From positions 1,376,001 to 1,440,000 of the forward strand of contig CM000208.1 of NCBI GenBank assembly GCA_000002445.1: DNA of 64,000 bases, in the 5' to 3' direction. Source of the stretch: Trypanosoma brucei (lineage: Eukaryota). The translations under genes were made by a program, and so were the position numbers. Positions 1 to 11,184 of the stretch are shown piece after piece. The notes under the pieces were generated by a model. That model was not told where the DNA came from. It did no database searches and saw only the letters and a program-made list of their open reading frames with translations. The first letter of the stretch is position 1. Every line of letters begins with the position of its first letter.

Positions 1-612
1 CTCGCTTTGCCTAAGCTGGCGGTAGTTTTATCCATTTTCGTGACTTGGACTTTACCCGTGGATCATAATGTTGGCGGGTGTTACATGGTGGAAATACAAA
101 TGAGTCAAGAAAGAGGAGGTGCAAGATCCTTTCATCACAATTGCTGCTTGTTTCACCTCCACCGAGTCAAGGGACTGGCTGCTAGCCCACTGTGAAAGGG
201 GCGAATTGTGTTGACATACGGCTGCGGCTGGCGGAGTAGCTCTACCGGGTTAAATATGGAACTTCACCGTTGTAATGCGAATGGAAAACGTCCAATGGTG
301 AACAATCAAAAACTACGGTTGTGCTGTCCGATATCTGCACACCCCGATAGGTCATTACACGGGGAAGTACAACATCTTATCGTATATTTTGTCCCTTCCA
401 TCGTCTAAGTGCCATCTCCTTCTTGGAAAGGATAAACATACTTCTTTCTTCTATTTCGCTGTTAGAAAGAGTGGTTTCAACAAAATTGCAGGTCATTGCC
501 TTCGGTAGTTAATATTGTGCAGCCCTTTTCTTATTCAATCTACATATCTCATTGCTCTCATGACCCCTTTTGCCCCTCGTTGAATTTGTACTACGACACG
601 TAGGAAGTAGTC

Positions 613-990
613 ATGCGGACGATTGACTGCGAGTTCTCGCACTTCGCTGTACATCCGGGCCATGGCCGCCGCTACGTCCCGTTTGCCTTCTTATCAACGA
701 AGCCTGTGCTGACATTTGCGCGCCCGAAGTGTTTCGCGATGTACATGCGCAAAAAGAACCCACGCTTTATTGCCTGGACCCGCACGTACCGCCGCATTCA
801 TCGGAAGACGACGACCGACCGCGTGGGCCGCCGCCGTGCCGCCCGCACAGTGAGGGCAGAGCGCGCCATCGTCGGTGCTGAGCTCTCCTACATTCAAGAA
901 GTGCGAGCAAAGGCGAAGAAGGTTGACCGTACCGCCAAGGGCAAAGCCGTGCGTGAGGAGATGGCTGCTCGTAAGGCAGCGAAGAAATAG
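613..990 (+). CDS. Small, very basic (R/K-rich) protein. The C-terminus is reminiscent of a ribosomal or nucleic-acid-binding tail. The true start may be the internal ATG at 739 (MYMRKKNPRF...).
   Basis: ATG at 613 and an in-frame ATG at 739. GC-rich third positions (cgc/gcc/aag) typical of expressed trypanosome genes. A KAKK/REEMAARKAAKK tail. The antisense ORF 694..1014 is probably spurious. Confidence 0.35.
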   Translation: MRTIDCEFSHFAVHPGHGRRYVPFAFLSTKPVLTFARPKCFAMYMRKKNPRFIAWTRTYRRIHRKTTTDRVGRRRAARTVRAERAIVGAELSYIQEVRAKAKKVDRTAKGKAVREEMAARKAAKK

Positions 991-1431
991 AGGCGCGCAG
1001 GATTCGTTTCTCACTACTCCAATTCCTTCAATGAGATTTGTCTTTGTTAGTTTTTAGTTAGTGCTTTCCACGCCAACACCAATAGCGCTTTCTCATGTTC
1101 ACTGTTGTGAGGTGTGAACTGCTCAGCAGAGGCGAAGGCCATCGATTACCTTGTGTAGTATTTGCGTTTTATCTGCCTGATTGCGCCCTTGTTTATAGCT
1201 GCTGACACTATATGCTGCTTTTCCTTAATTTTTGTAGTCTTTTTTTTTTGAAGTGGTTCCCTTGTTTCGCTGTCCAATTTGTGCCATCGTTTTACCGTTT
1301 ATTATCGGCCTTTGGGGAAAATCGGCCTGTGCGGCTGGGAAGAAGGACCTTAAAAAAAAACGAATTGGCCAGGGAAAGAAAACAAACAGAAAAAGAAATC
1401 GAAGATTACTGTCGGAGATTATCGCAACTAC

Positions 1432-2703
1432 ATGACATCCACCGCGACGGAGGTTACTCAGACCCAAAGTCTTGCAGCCGTACGAAACTTTATTCGTGTG
1501 GCCGTTTCGTGCGTCACTTACCTTCGTGGATTGTGCAGTGATGAATCGTATCAACCCCGTCAGTTTCTTGGACTGCAGCTGAAGCAGCTTGTTCGCTCAT
1601 CTGGAGATGCCGGTGCCATTTCACGCTGGATGGAAGAGGGTGCTTTCGACGCGCTCAACAGGGGTTACCTTAAGGAACTCTCACTTTGTGTTCACGAACC
1701 AAACTGCACTGAGTTACTTGAGAGATACTCGTTTATGGTGTCATACAGCCCCGGCGGCCAGCGGGCCGCACTCTCGCTTACAGGTGAATCGATGAAGGAA
1801 AACCTCAGTTGCTCCTTTGGCACAGTGGGAGGAGGAGGAGGAGGAGATAAAATGGGTAAAGTATTGAGAAAACGTCGCTGCCGTCAGGAGGTACAGCAAG
1901 CGCTGGCAAGTATCATCACCAAACTCATGGAGGTTGTGGAGGGACTTCCACCGTTACTGTGCGAGCGTGTCCTCACCATGCAACTCAAATACTACGAGGA
2001 TGTAACACCTCCCTCTTATGAACCCCCTTGCTTTGCCCCTGCCAGTCCCAGCACTGTTGCGGCTCATTACAGAGAAGAAAAGAACAGCACCGATATCGCC
2101 ACACTCGACACGGGTCACCACACGCTCTCTATTAACATTCGACACAAATTCTTCGAACAACTGCGGCCACACAATTTGTCGCAAATGAACATGTACGATG
2201 CGAGCTCCTCGTCGGCGCGAAGGGACCCGACGAAGGGAGGCAAGGATGACGCTGCAGCTTATGGTTGTAGGAACGAGAGAGGTACCACAGAAAATCGCAC
2301 CAGTAGGGGGATTACCAACGACTGGGCCCATGCAGATGAAGTTGCGTTCCTTGTCTTCACAAGTTTTATATTAACAAAGTCTCCCACGGTATCCCGTGGC
2401 CGTATAACCATGGGTGAAATAGAAGAGTACCTTCGTGTCGCTTGTCCCATGGAAATTGAGATGAAACAGGTTCAATCAATGATGCGGCGACTTGAAACTA
2501 GCGGTATCGTTTCGTTAGAAGCACCGCTTGAATGGGCTGTGAGTGAGCAACGTTCTGCAGCGGTAGTAAGTGCAATACTTGAACGACAAGATGTAGTCTC
2601 TCTGCTCAGCGTTCAAACACGCATGGATTTGCGATATCTCACCACTGGACGGAAGGTATCCCGTCTTAGCTCTTCTAAAGGGCGTAAGCGAGTTCGTGCA
2701 TAG
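1432..2703 (+). CDS. HOP1: HORMA-domain protein, a HOP1-like meiotic chromosome axis protein.
   Basis: The N-terminal TQSLAAVRNFIRVAVSCVTYLRGLCSDESY matches the HORMA signature seen in Hop1/Mad2/Rev7 (xSxxxVxxxLxxAxxxIxYLRGLFP). ATG confirmed at 1432. Gly-run encoded by (GGA)n at about 1826-1844. Confidence 0.7.
   Translation: MTSTATEVTQTQSLAAVRNFIRVAVSCVTYLRGLCSDESYQPRQFLGLQLKQLVRSSGDAGAISRWMEEGAFDALNRGYLKELSLCVHEPNCTELLERYSFMVSYSPGGQRAALSLTGESMKENLSCSFGTVGGGGGGDKMGKVLRKRRCRQEVQQALASIITKLMEVVEGLPPLLCERVLTMQLKYYEDVTPPSYEPPCFAPASPSTVAAHYREEKNSTDIATLDTGHHTLSINIRHKFFEQLRPHNLSQMNMYDASSSSARRDPTKGGKDDAAAYGCRNERGTTENRTSRGITNDWAHADEVAFLVFTSFILTKSPTVSRGRITMGEIEEYLRVACPMEIEMKQVQSMMRRLETSGIVSLEAPLEWAVSEQRSAAVVSAILERQDVVSLLSVQTRMDLRYLTTGRKVSRLSSSKGRKRVRA
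1826..1844 (+). repeat. (GGA)n trinucleotide repeat encoding the Gly run inside the HOP1-like CDS.
   Basis: ggaggaggaggaggaggag read directly. Confidence 0.8.
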
Positions 2704-2939
2704 TACCTGACAAATAACATTCGTCACATCTATGATTTTACTTTTCTTATTTCCCCTCTGTGTTGCTGTTAGGACGTTATTTATTCTCACCCTTTGTATC
2801 ACAGGTGCGTAAATGCACGTCCGAAGGTGTTTTTTTTTTAATCATCACATACAGTTTTAATTATTTACTTTCTTTTCCCTCGCGAAACTTATTGGAGTGA
2901 CGTACGATCTTTCTGGGATGTATGCTTTTTGGCTTCTCT

Positions 2940-3010
2940 AGGGTGTAACCCACAAAAAGTGCACCGTTGATTATTTTTTTTTCTTGTTTCCTCCATTTCC
3001 CACATTACTT
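2940..3010 (+). promoter_or_regulatory. Polypyrimidine tract upstream of the 3188 gene. Candidate spliced-leader trans-splicing signal for it, coupled to polyadenylation of the upstream HOP1 mRNA.
   Basis: T/C-rich run (ttattttttttttcttgtttcctccatttcccacattactttttttaatgtcac) about 180-250 nt upstream of the ATG at 3188. Confidence 0.4.
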
Positions 3011-3187
3011 TTTTTAATGTCACTAAATACATTGACAGATATTAAATTCAACCGTCTTTCCTTTGAATTATTGTTTGACTCCCGTAAATTGTCTCTCTGG
3101 CACGTTGACATAAACGATTAAAATCATCAGAAACAAAAGGACCATTGCTTTCTTCGCTATTTTCCTCAAGTCCTTTCAGCGGGTTAA

Positions 3188-4228
3188 ATGCGGTCGGTAG
3201 GTGGTGCCGTTGGTGCTACATGCTGCTTAGTTCCGTCTGTGGGTACCCAAAGGCGTCAGTATCATGCTTTTCAGTTCGCAGGGTTCCATGGGTGGAAGAT
3301 ACCATACGAGGGTAAAACGAAAGTGACGAAAGAGGAGCTAGACAACATTCGTTTCTTCACGCAGCGGTCCAAGGATAAATGGGACTACCACCGAGTCGAT
3401 GAAAACATTAACTCGAGTTCGGAGTTCCGCAAAACACATGACAGACCAGAGTTTGAACAGGGTATGCGTGAAGACAACTCAACGACCGATCACGGAGACT
3501 TACACACGCCCAAAAAGTACCGTCTGTATGAACACTTTGATGAGTATACAAAACCTGGGGTGAACAAAAAGGTTGCTGCTTGCTATGCCGTGAAAGAGCA
3601 GTGGGATGCTGAGGAGTTTTATTACCCTGGCGAGGCATGGAAGAAGAACCGACCCGGTTTCCGGAGTGTACCTAAGGAACTCTTGAACCGTCAAACGTGG
3701 TATCATTGGTCCGACACTATCATGAAGTGGGATGAGATTCAACCCACTATACGAACCCGTTCCTGGAACCCTGACTGGCCACCTCCTGGATATAAAGTGC
3801 CATCAATGCATTGCAAGAAGGAGTTTGTATTTGGTGTGGAGGATCCTGCTGTTGTGTCCGAAGTAGAGCGCTACAATTGGTATCGATCTTGGAGTGATAG
3901 TAATCTACGTTGTGGTTGGAAGGACATATGGTTGTTCGGTGTGCTGTTCGGAGCTATGTATTATATGGCCCGTAACGCGCTCGACATCGTTAGCATGCGT
4001 GCCATGATGAGCAACATGTTTTACCCGGGCCGCCAGTTTATCCGCTCTTTTGGCACACCGAGGGATTGGGAAACTGATGTTTTTTGGTGGCAACGCCCAC
4101 TTGAGGAATTTCCCAATCAGGGCGAAGTGTGGTACATTAATGAAAGCCGTTACAAGTACATTAACTATATAAAAAAACGTGACGCGATGGAACGGGCCTT
4201 AGCGGAAGCAGAAATGAATGCAGTTTAG
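3188..4228 (+). CDS. Conserved hypothetical protein. Trp-rich. The N-terminus looks like a mitochondrial presequence.
   Basis: ATG at 3188. 346 aa uninterrupted ORF. N-terminal MRSVGGAVGATCCLVPSVGTQRRQYHAF is R/S/hydrophobic-rich. No recognisable catalytic motif. Confidence 0.5.
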   Translation: MRSVGGAVGATCCLVPSVGTQRRQYHAFQFAGFHGWKIPYEGKTKVTKEELDNIRFFTQRSKDKWDYHRVDENINSSSEFRKTHDRPEFEQGMREDNSTTDHGDLHTPKKYRLYEHFDEYTKPGVNKKVAACYAVKEQWDAEEFYYPGEAWKKNRPGFRSVPKELLNRQTWYHWSDTIMKWDEIQPTIRTRSWNPDWPPPGYKVPSMHCKKEFVFGVEDPAVVSEVERYNWYRSWSDSNLRCGWKDIWLFGVLFGAMYYMARNALDIVSMRAMMSNMFYPGRQFIRSFGTPRDWETDVFWWQRPLEEFPNQGEVWYINESRYKYINYIKKRDAMERALAEAEMNAV

Positions 4229-5269
4229 ATGTTTTTGTTAGTAGGGCTGGCGAGTGACTGGTTTTCCCTACCTTACCTCAGTAAATACCCTGAAGAGAGA
4301 GAGCAAGAGGTTAGGCGAGTGGAGTAGTATGATATGGGGAGCTTAACGAAGGGTGATTATTTTACTATTATCATTGTCTGGAGAGGGGAAAAGCGGGACG
4401 CTGTACTTAACAGTGGACAGAACAGTGAAGTAGGAACATGTAGTGTAGCAGTCGTAGAATATTGAGGAGTAAGGTAATATAGTTCGGTACTGAGAAATGG
4501 AGGGAAACGGTCTCCCTTTCAAACACTTTCTTTTTTTACTTCTTCCTTGCGGTTCCGGCTCATTGAAACGTGTTCAATATGATTTGCGTAGGCGAATTAT
4601 GTGCATCTTTGTGCCGCTGTGTTCGCGTGTGGGTAGTACTTGGAAGGACGCCGTGCTGCAGTGCATCATCAGAAGTTTTGTTCACTGTCATCCCCTTCTA
4701 CTTTCTTTTTGTCATTCTCAGCGCCGAGCTTCAACCGGGAAGAGGCGTTGTGGGGCGGTGACGTATAACATTATCGTTTAGTGAGTTCCTTTTTTGGTTG
4801 TTTGCTAGTTGGAACCGAGCACTGTGGTAGTTGAGAGGTGTGATGATTACTGGAGGAACAATTGATGAGGTGTATCCGGTGCCTTAAATTCGGTGGTCTC
4901 GCATTTATGCGATAGTGTCATTCTGATATGATCGCACACCTCCACTGTTTCAGTGGTGGCACTTGACAACTTCAGCACATACCTTCAAACTTTCTTCGCT
5001 TCATACCGGAGCGAAGCTAAACCACAAACATTGGCGTTTCACCTTCTTCGTACTACACGTTGGAAGGGCTCAACGCTTCGTGTTGCCAATTCTTGAGGAT
5101 TTTGTTTCCCCTCCCGCACGATTTCCTTGCGCTGTCTAGTTCATCAAAACTCTTATTTTATTTTATTTCTTGCATGGTTGTTGCCCTTCTGTCTTGTCCA
5201 TTCCCATTCAGTAGTGTTGTAGTTTTTGTAACTCTGTGGGTGAAAGAAGGGGGGGGAGCATCACACCAA

Positions 5270-5302
5270 AACCCTCCTCTCTCTTTCTCTCTTTGCTCAG
5301 GT
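5270..5302 (+). promoter_or_regulatory. Polypyrimidine tract and AG acceptor region immediately upstream of the 5-phosphatase ATG. Candidate SL addition site.
   Basis: cctctctctttctctctttgctcag directly precedes the ATG at 5318. Confidence 0.4.
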
Positions 5303-5317
5303 TGCAGAGGAGGTGGA

Positions 5318-7012
5318 ATGAGGGCTGCCGAGGGTGATCACGTGGCGGAAGGCGCTGAGAACACTACCGCCACATCGCCCGGTCCCGGTTCAGTGCGGGA
5401 ATCGAGCAAAAGCCCAAAGTCGCGGTCGAGATGTCATTCCCCTCGAAATGGAAGAAGGGGCGACAGGAGCAAGCGCGGTTCAGTACAACATACACCTCCT
5501 AGGAATTCGGTCCGTGATCCGAGTGCCATTCCTAAGCAGTTGGACATTGATGCCATGCAGGTTGCCATTGCCACTTCCCTACCGCGCCGGCTTGACCAGT
5601 TCTGTGATGAATTCCACAGTATTCCTTTCGTTATACGTAATGAAACCTTCCCCGTGCCGGATTCTTTGAAGCGTAACTCATGGATTCCTGGGGAGGTGCT
5701 GCGAGTGGCGTACATTACCTGGAACATGGCGCACGCAAAACCAGACTTTTACAGGGTGTCAAAATATTGCATTTGTCCCAACGCCCATCTTGTGGTTGTG
5801 TGCACGCAGGAAAACGGTTGTAACTGGTACGCCAAGAAAAAACAGCAGCGACAATGGAGAGATCATATCACGCAGGCTTGCCTCAAGAATTCGTATGAAC
5901 TAGTGGGGTGCAACTCACTCTGGTACATTCACATGCTGGTCTACGCTAGAAAGCACGATGTAGCCCCCCATGTGGGGCATGTGGAAAAAGCGAAAGTGCG
6001 AACCGGAATTGGCAATGGTTTAGGCGGAAACAAAGGTGGCGTGGGCATTGCCCTGTCCATTTCAACAGAATGTAGGTTTAATGCGTTGAGTGATCCTCGC
6101 GGCCATAGAAGGGGTGCGCGGGCATCAAAACAGCAGCGCCAAGACATTTCTTGCTCTCATATGAACCCAATAGAGTGCGGTGGTGGTGATGATTCTTTAC
6201 ACAGTGCATTACCTCAGCCAGCACGTTTCACGATCTTATTTGTTGGCGCTCATCTTGCTGCCCATCAGGATGCAGTTGGTCTACGAAATAGAGACTACCG
6301 GAACATTGTCAAGATGTTGCATGTGGGACTTCGTGGGAAGTTTAAAGAGTTTCACGCAAGCATCCGGAGGAGTAGAGCTCTCGCGTGCTGCCCTCTGGAC
6401 ACCGAAAGCGCAAGGGGGTTAAACATCACGGAAGATCAGGCCACGCGCCAAAATGCTGTTTGCTCCAATGGCGGCTGTAAAGCAATGAATGGCTCAGCTG
6501 CTGTGTCTAACGAACGTGATGAAGACGATGGAGGCCCAGTTGGTATAATGAAACTTCCTTTTTGTATGAAGAATCAACCGCAAGAAGAGCGTCGAGATGC
6601 GACGGATGAGTTTGACCTTGTCTTCTTTGGAGGTGACCTGAATTACCGTCTCGACGGTACATCAAAGGCGATCCGGGATATAATTGATAATAAGAAGAAT
6701 GTTCGATCCGTACTTTGTAACAACGACCAGCTCAATCGAGAAAGAGCGAAGGGTGAAGTATTTAGGGGGTTTAAGGAGGGCAATCTCTTCTTCCGCCCAA
6801 CTTACAAGTACGAGTTGAGGAGTAGAAATTACAGTACTACTGATAAGCGCATACCGGCCTACTGTGACCGCGTTTTGTTCAAGAAGCCAGCTCAATCGTG
6901 TGTTGGAAAGGTAAGAATACGACTCTACACAGACGTCCAGGCGGTGCAAACAAGTGATCATCGCCCGGTAGTTGCAATTTTTGACGTTGCAACAATTCCA
7001 AGCAACAAATAA
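5318..7012 (+). CDS. Inositol polyphosphate 5-phosphatase (endonuclease/exonuclease/phosphatase, IPPc family).
   Basis: IPPc motifs WNMAHAKP, FVGAHLAAHQD, DLVFFGGDLNYRL, NDQLNRE, PTYKY, RIPAYCDRVLFK, SDHRPVVAIFDV. The track ORF begins at 5060, but its first 86 codons translate a pyrimidine tract, so the start is set at the ATG at 5318 (MRAAEGDH...). Confidence 0.85.
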   Translation: MRAAEGDHVAEGAENTTATSPGPGSVRESSKSPKSRSRCHSPRNGRRGDRSKRGSVQHTPPRNSVRDPSAIPKQLDIDAMQVAIATSLPRRLDQFCDEFHSIPFVIRNETFPVPDSLKRNSWIPGEVLRVAYITWNMAHAKPDFYRVSKYCICPNAHLVVVCTQENGCNWYAKKKQQRQWRDHITQACLKNSYELVGCNSLWYIHMLVYARKHDVAPHVGHVEKAKVRTGIGNGLGGNKGGVGIALSISTECRFNALSDPRGHRRGARASKQQRQDISCSHMNPIECGGGDDSLHSALPQPARFTILFVGAHLAAHQDAVGLRNRDYRNIVKMLHVGLRGKFKEFHASIRRSRALACCPLDTESARGLNITEDQATRQNAVCSNGGCKAMNGSAAVSNERDEDDGGPVGIMKLPFCMKNQPQEERRDATDEFDLVFFGGDLNYRLDGTSKAIRDIIDNKKNVRSVLCNNDQLNRERAKGEVFRGFKEGNLFFRPTYKYELRSRNYSTTDKRIPAYCDRVLFKKPAQSCVGKVRIRLYTDVQAVQTSDHRPVVAIFDVATIPSNK

Positions 7013-7784
7013 TTAAGCTGAGACCGTGTGAATTTCGAGAGATGTGGCCTATTGCGAACATTTCTGCTTTTCTTTTCCACCATTTGAATTCGCTCTTTTA
7101 TTCCAATACTGTTCCTTCCCACCACGAATCCCTTCTGCATCGGTTTCACTATTTTTTTTCTTCCTGCCTCTTGAGCCCTTTGTTTTGTCCCCCTATTTTT
7201 GTAGCCTAGCTGTCGACCCATTTAGCAAACGCTTTTTCGTTGTCTGCATCTCTCTGTGTATGAGTGATTTCACTTTTCTGAGTTATTTTTCGTAAGCTTC
7301 GAATTATTGTAACGGCTTTAGTCGAGCAGTTCCCTTTGCATCATTTATCCTTTTTTTCCTTCTAGATGTATAAATGTATTTGTGACCTTTCATTTACTTT
7401 CCGTTCTGCTGCTCCTTTTCGTAGTGTTTTCCCCTCCTCCAGTTCTTTTCGGTGGTGTCGATCTTTCGATTTACCAAATTCTACCTTTGTATTTTTCATT
7501 TTTGTTTTGCTTATTCCTCACAGCCACGATTGAGCCGTTTTCTATTTATGAGTGCGTGCTATTTTGCGGCAATTACGAAACTCCATGTTACAATATTTCC
7601 AACAAACTTTTTCATTTTTGTTTTTGTCATTTTTCCTCCTTCGTGTTTCTGCATCTTTTTTTTTTGGTAAATTTTTTTCCAATTACGATGTGGAAATGAC
7701 GATTGGGGGAAGGTGTGCCTCCCTCCCCCCAAGCTGCAAAGCGAAAAAAAGGTTATGAAAAAACATATTTGATTATTTCCCCCT

Positions 7785-7812
7785 GCTCTCTCTCTCTCTC
7801 TTTTTTTTTTTT
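7785..7812 (+). repeat. (CT)8 followed by T12 inside a 1.8-kb T-rich intergenic region.
   Basis: ctctctctctctctc tttttttttttt read directly. Confidence 0.8.
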
Positions 7813-8854
7813 GCCTCCTTTTCGAAACAAAATTTGTTGTTTTTTTTTTTTGTAAAAAAGAATGGTAGAAAAAAGGGTTGTTGTGGAGCACCAAAAGGAA
7901 AGGATGTTGAGTTTGAGGAGGGGAAAAGTTTACTTTCACGTGTAGTTTGTTGATATTGCGCAGCTTCTTTCCTTTTTTCTCTACTGTTGTTTCCATTAAT
8001 TTTTTTTTTGCTTTTCGGTCTTTGTGCCTTCTGTTATAGTTGTGGAAATGGCGTGCGGTGGTGTGGGCTTCAAGGAGCGGCGTAAAATGAGGGGAAGCGA
8101 CCAATATAATAACGGGTTTAATGACGAATATTACAACGTAAAGTACGAAAGGAAAAAAAGATTGTGCGGGATGGTCGCTGAACAAACAAAGAGGGAGAAT
8201 AACGGAGAGAAAAATTTGGCATACATGCATATAAATTCTCTCGCGTGTATGTATTCATTTCATGCATATGTTCTGATTTGTTGTTATTTTTGTTTGTTGC
8301 GGAGGCGGTGAGTAAAATGTTAGGAGTCTCACAAATTTTAACGAAAAAAAAAACAAGTCATATTATGTTATGTTATGTGGCGTGATGTGAAGTAAACATT
8401 AGAGCATCGGCATCCCTCACCTTTTTTCTTCGCCAGTTTATCTTTCATCCCCATCTTTTCCTGCTCATCTCTCCTCAATACTATCTTTTCTATTCTATTT
8501 TTTAACTGATTTGCCTTCTCCATTGCAGTGGTTCGCAAAATACTTTTTTTTTTTTAAATACCTCTAGAGCACGCGTTAACACCCTCGTGTCAACTAAAAG
8601 AAGATTGAAGCGGTGCCTTTGCTCCCTTTCCGGTTTCTTTCGCTGCGCGCTGAACCTCCCAACTGGCGCTGTGACAAAATTCAGGCTGCTCGTGTTTGCT
8701 TGTGTCCCGTGGGTTCGTTTGGGAAAATAATAAACAAAACTAAACAAGGACGGCACCGAAACCCAAAAGGTTGCGAGTGGGGAGCAGTGACGTACCACAA
8801 AAGAAACAACGCCACTGTCTGGTGGATCAAGAAGGAATAAACATCAAGAAAGGC

Positions 8855-9826
8855 ATGACATACTCACGCCGCGCCACTCATGCGGGTTCATGGTATGAGG
8901 GGTCCCCCAACGCACTTAAAGCTCTTGTGGACACATTGTTTAGCACAGCGAGCAAATCCCCACTGAAAGAGAGCGAGAAGATGATTGGTGTCATAAGTCC
9001 GCACGCTGGAATCAGCTACTCGGGCAACACCGCTTCTCATGTGTATGTTCATCTCCGTGATTACATATACGGTCATAAAGGCCGCAGTATTACTCGCATC
9101 TTCTTGTTAGGTCCCTCACATCATAAGGGGTTTGATGGAGTTGAGGTTTGTGCTGCGCAGAGGTATGAAACACCATTTGGGCCCCTCGTTGTTAACGCAA
9201 AGGTGGGGCAGGAGGTGGAAAAAGAACTTCGCGCCGCCGGTGTTCCTGTGGGTACGATGCATCGAATGACGGATGAGGATGAACACTCGATTGAAATGCA
9301 ACTGCCCTTTATTTCACACCTACTGCATTATCCACCAAACGGCTACAAACCGGCAATGGATCGTGTTGAACTTGTGCCGCTGCTCATCGGGGGAACAAAT
9401 CGCAAAATGGAAAACTTGATAGGTTCGGTTCTTTCCAAGTACCTGAAGGATAATCAGAATTTTTTTGTAATAAGTTCTGACTTCTGCCACTGGGGCGCAC
9501 GTTTTCAATACATGTATCACTATGAGAAAGCGGAATATCCAGACATTGGTGACGCTATTATTTCAATGGATCATGAGGGCATGCGACTGCTGGAGGCGCG
9601 GGATATGGACGGCTGGTATAAATATTTATCGACTACAAACAATACCATTTGCGGGCGCCGGCCAATTTCGGTACTGATGGCAGCTCTCGACTCAAAAAAG
9701 GAAGCCGTTGTGCGATTTCTTCACTACTCTCAATCCAACCGCTGCAAAAACATGTCTGACTCCTCTGTAAGTTATGCGGGAGCAATCGTTACTCTAGACG
9801 AGAGCGGTGATAAATCTGCGCCATGA
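8855..9826 (+). CDS. MEMO1-like protein (Memo/AmmeMemoRadiSam system protein B family, LigB-like fold).
   Basis: THAGSWY motif near the N-terminus and overall Memo-like length and pattern (ISPHAGISYSG, GPSHH). The track ORF starts on TTG at 8771. The first in-frame ATG is at 8855. Confidence 0.75.
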   Translation: MTYSRRATHAGSWYEGSPNALKALVDTLFSTASKSPLKESEKMIGVISPHAGISYSGNTASHVYVHLRDYIYGHKGRSITRIFLLGPSHHKGFDGVEVCAAQRYETPFGPLVVNAKVGQEVEKELRAAGVPVGTMHRMTDEDEHSIEMQLPFISHLLHYPPNGYKPAMDRVELVPLLIGGTNRKMENLIGSVLSKYLKDNQNFFVISSDFCHWGARFQYMYHYEKAEYPDIGDAIISMDHEGMRLLEARDMDGWYKYLSTTNNTICGRRPISVLMAALDSKKEAVVRFLHYSQSNRCKNMSDSSVSYAGAIVTLDESGDKSAP

Positions 9827-10745
9827 TGGGAAATGAAGAAACGAACAGGAAAAATAGGGGAAACAAAGGGTGAGAATGTTGCAAGCGCGGATGCAGAGGG
9901 TTATGCACTGCCATTCAGTTTGCTCTATTCCCTTGACAAATGAAAATGAGGTGAGGAGTTTTTTCTGTGCGTCAGTTATTTGTGTTCTTTAACACCTGTA
10001 ATTGTTCTATTATTTTTATTGTGGGGGTTACAAAATTCGTGATTGTCTTGCTCTGTGTGCTTCTTAAGGTTTCTGCTCATTTCCACACATCGGTGTTTAT
10101 GTGTTACCTTCCTTTCTACGGAGCCCCAAAACTTCCTATTGTTGTTACGAAAACTTAGTGATACTGTTGTTACCATTATTGTTTTTATTGAATTATCGAC
10201 AGGTTTCGGACAAGCTGCGGCGGCACCCATCTGCCTTACACCTCGCAGCTTACGTGTCTTCTGCACTTTGATACGGAGGCGTGTTTACGCGCAACCATGT
10301 TTACCAACTCGTTATAGGGGCTATGAACTTGATATGTGTATATCCGAAAGGTGTTACTGCTTTTTGTTCGTTTTGGCTAAATGTTACCTTCTCATTTCAA
10401 TACAAACATGTACATGTGCGCACGTCTCGTGCGTGAGGTGTATCTTTCCTGAAAGGAACACTTTGCAATGACATTGTGTTTACTCGGTTCTTCTCGTCTT
10501 TTTTTTTCCTTTTTTCCCTCTTGCATTATTACATTTTTTTTTTTTGACGACTGCATCCGAACACGTTACATGTTTCAAAGAGTACCGCTTGCATTACCAT
10601 AGCGAACAAGGAGAGAGAAGTAAGAGGCAGTACAAGGTGAAATTAAAATTAATATAATAACAATAAAGAAGTTTGCTTTAGTTAACGTCCTGTGTTCCCT
10701 TACACCTTATTAAATCTACCTGTGTAGGAAAGGGTGCGCTTCCTT

Positions 10746-10761
10746 TATATATATATATATT
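10746..10761. repeat. (TA)n microsatellite.
   Basis: tatatatatatatatat read directly. Confidence 0.8.
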
Positions 10762-11184
10762 TGGGAGTTAACACATCTCCATGAAATTGCAGCTGACACA
10801 CGAGTTGTACCACGGCACATAACACATAGACTCCATCACTTTACACAGAATAAAACCTACAACCTCCAATCGTTGCTACTTTAAACATCACACAGAAAGG
10901 GGTGGGAGGTGGCAAGGGGGGGGGAGAGAAAAGTAAAGCAAAGGGTTTACAAAAGTTTGAGGTGGTGTCAACAACTGTTGTGCCATTACAGAAACGGAAA
11001 AAGCACAGTGCTGAAGCTACTGTGCGATACAGTCAGCAATTTAAGTTTACCCAAGAATTGTTAAAGATAAACCGTCACTACCTTCAGCGACTTTGGATTT
11101 TACCAGAGGTGTGGACAGGCGGTAACACAAAACATAATTACAGGTGACGGTTTGGAACGTAGAGCCCTCCATTTAGTTTCTGTT

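Noticed and set aside
4855-4935. A possible C/D snoRNA (tgatga box at about 4863, ctga at about 4922).
   Set aside because: Box spacing and flanking complementarity are not convincing by eye. It would need a covariance-model scan.
5060-5317. The 5' extension of the inositol 5-phosphatase ORF (the track starts at 5060).
   Set aside because: The first 86 codons translate a polypyrimidine tract and AG acceptor region, giving an L/F/S/P-rich low-complexity peptide. The IPPc family sequence begins after the ATG at 5318.
7559-8230. A 223-aa minus-strand ORF in the long intergenic region.
   Set aside because: Low-complexity K/F-rich translation of homopolymer tracts. No credible start context.
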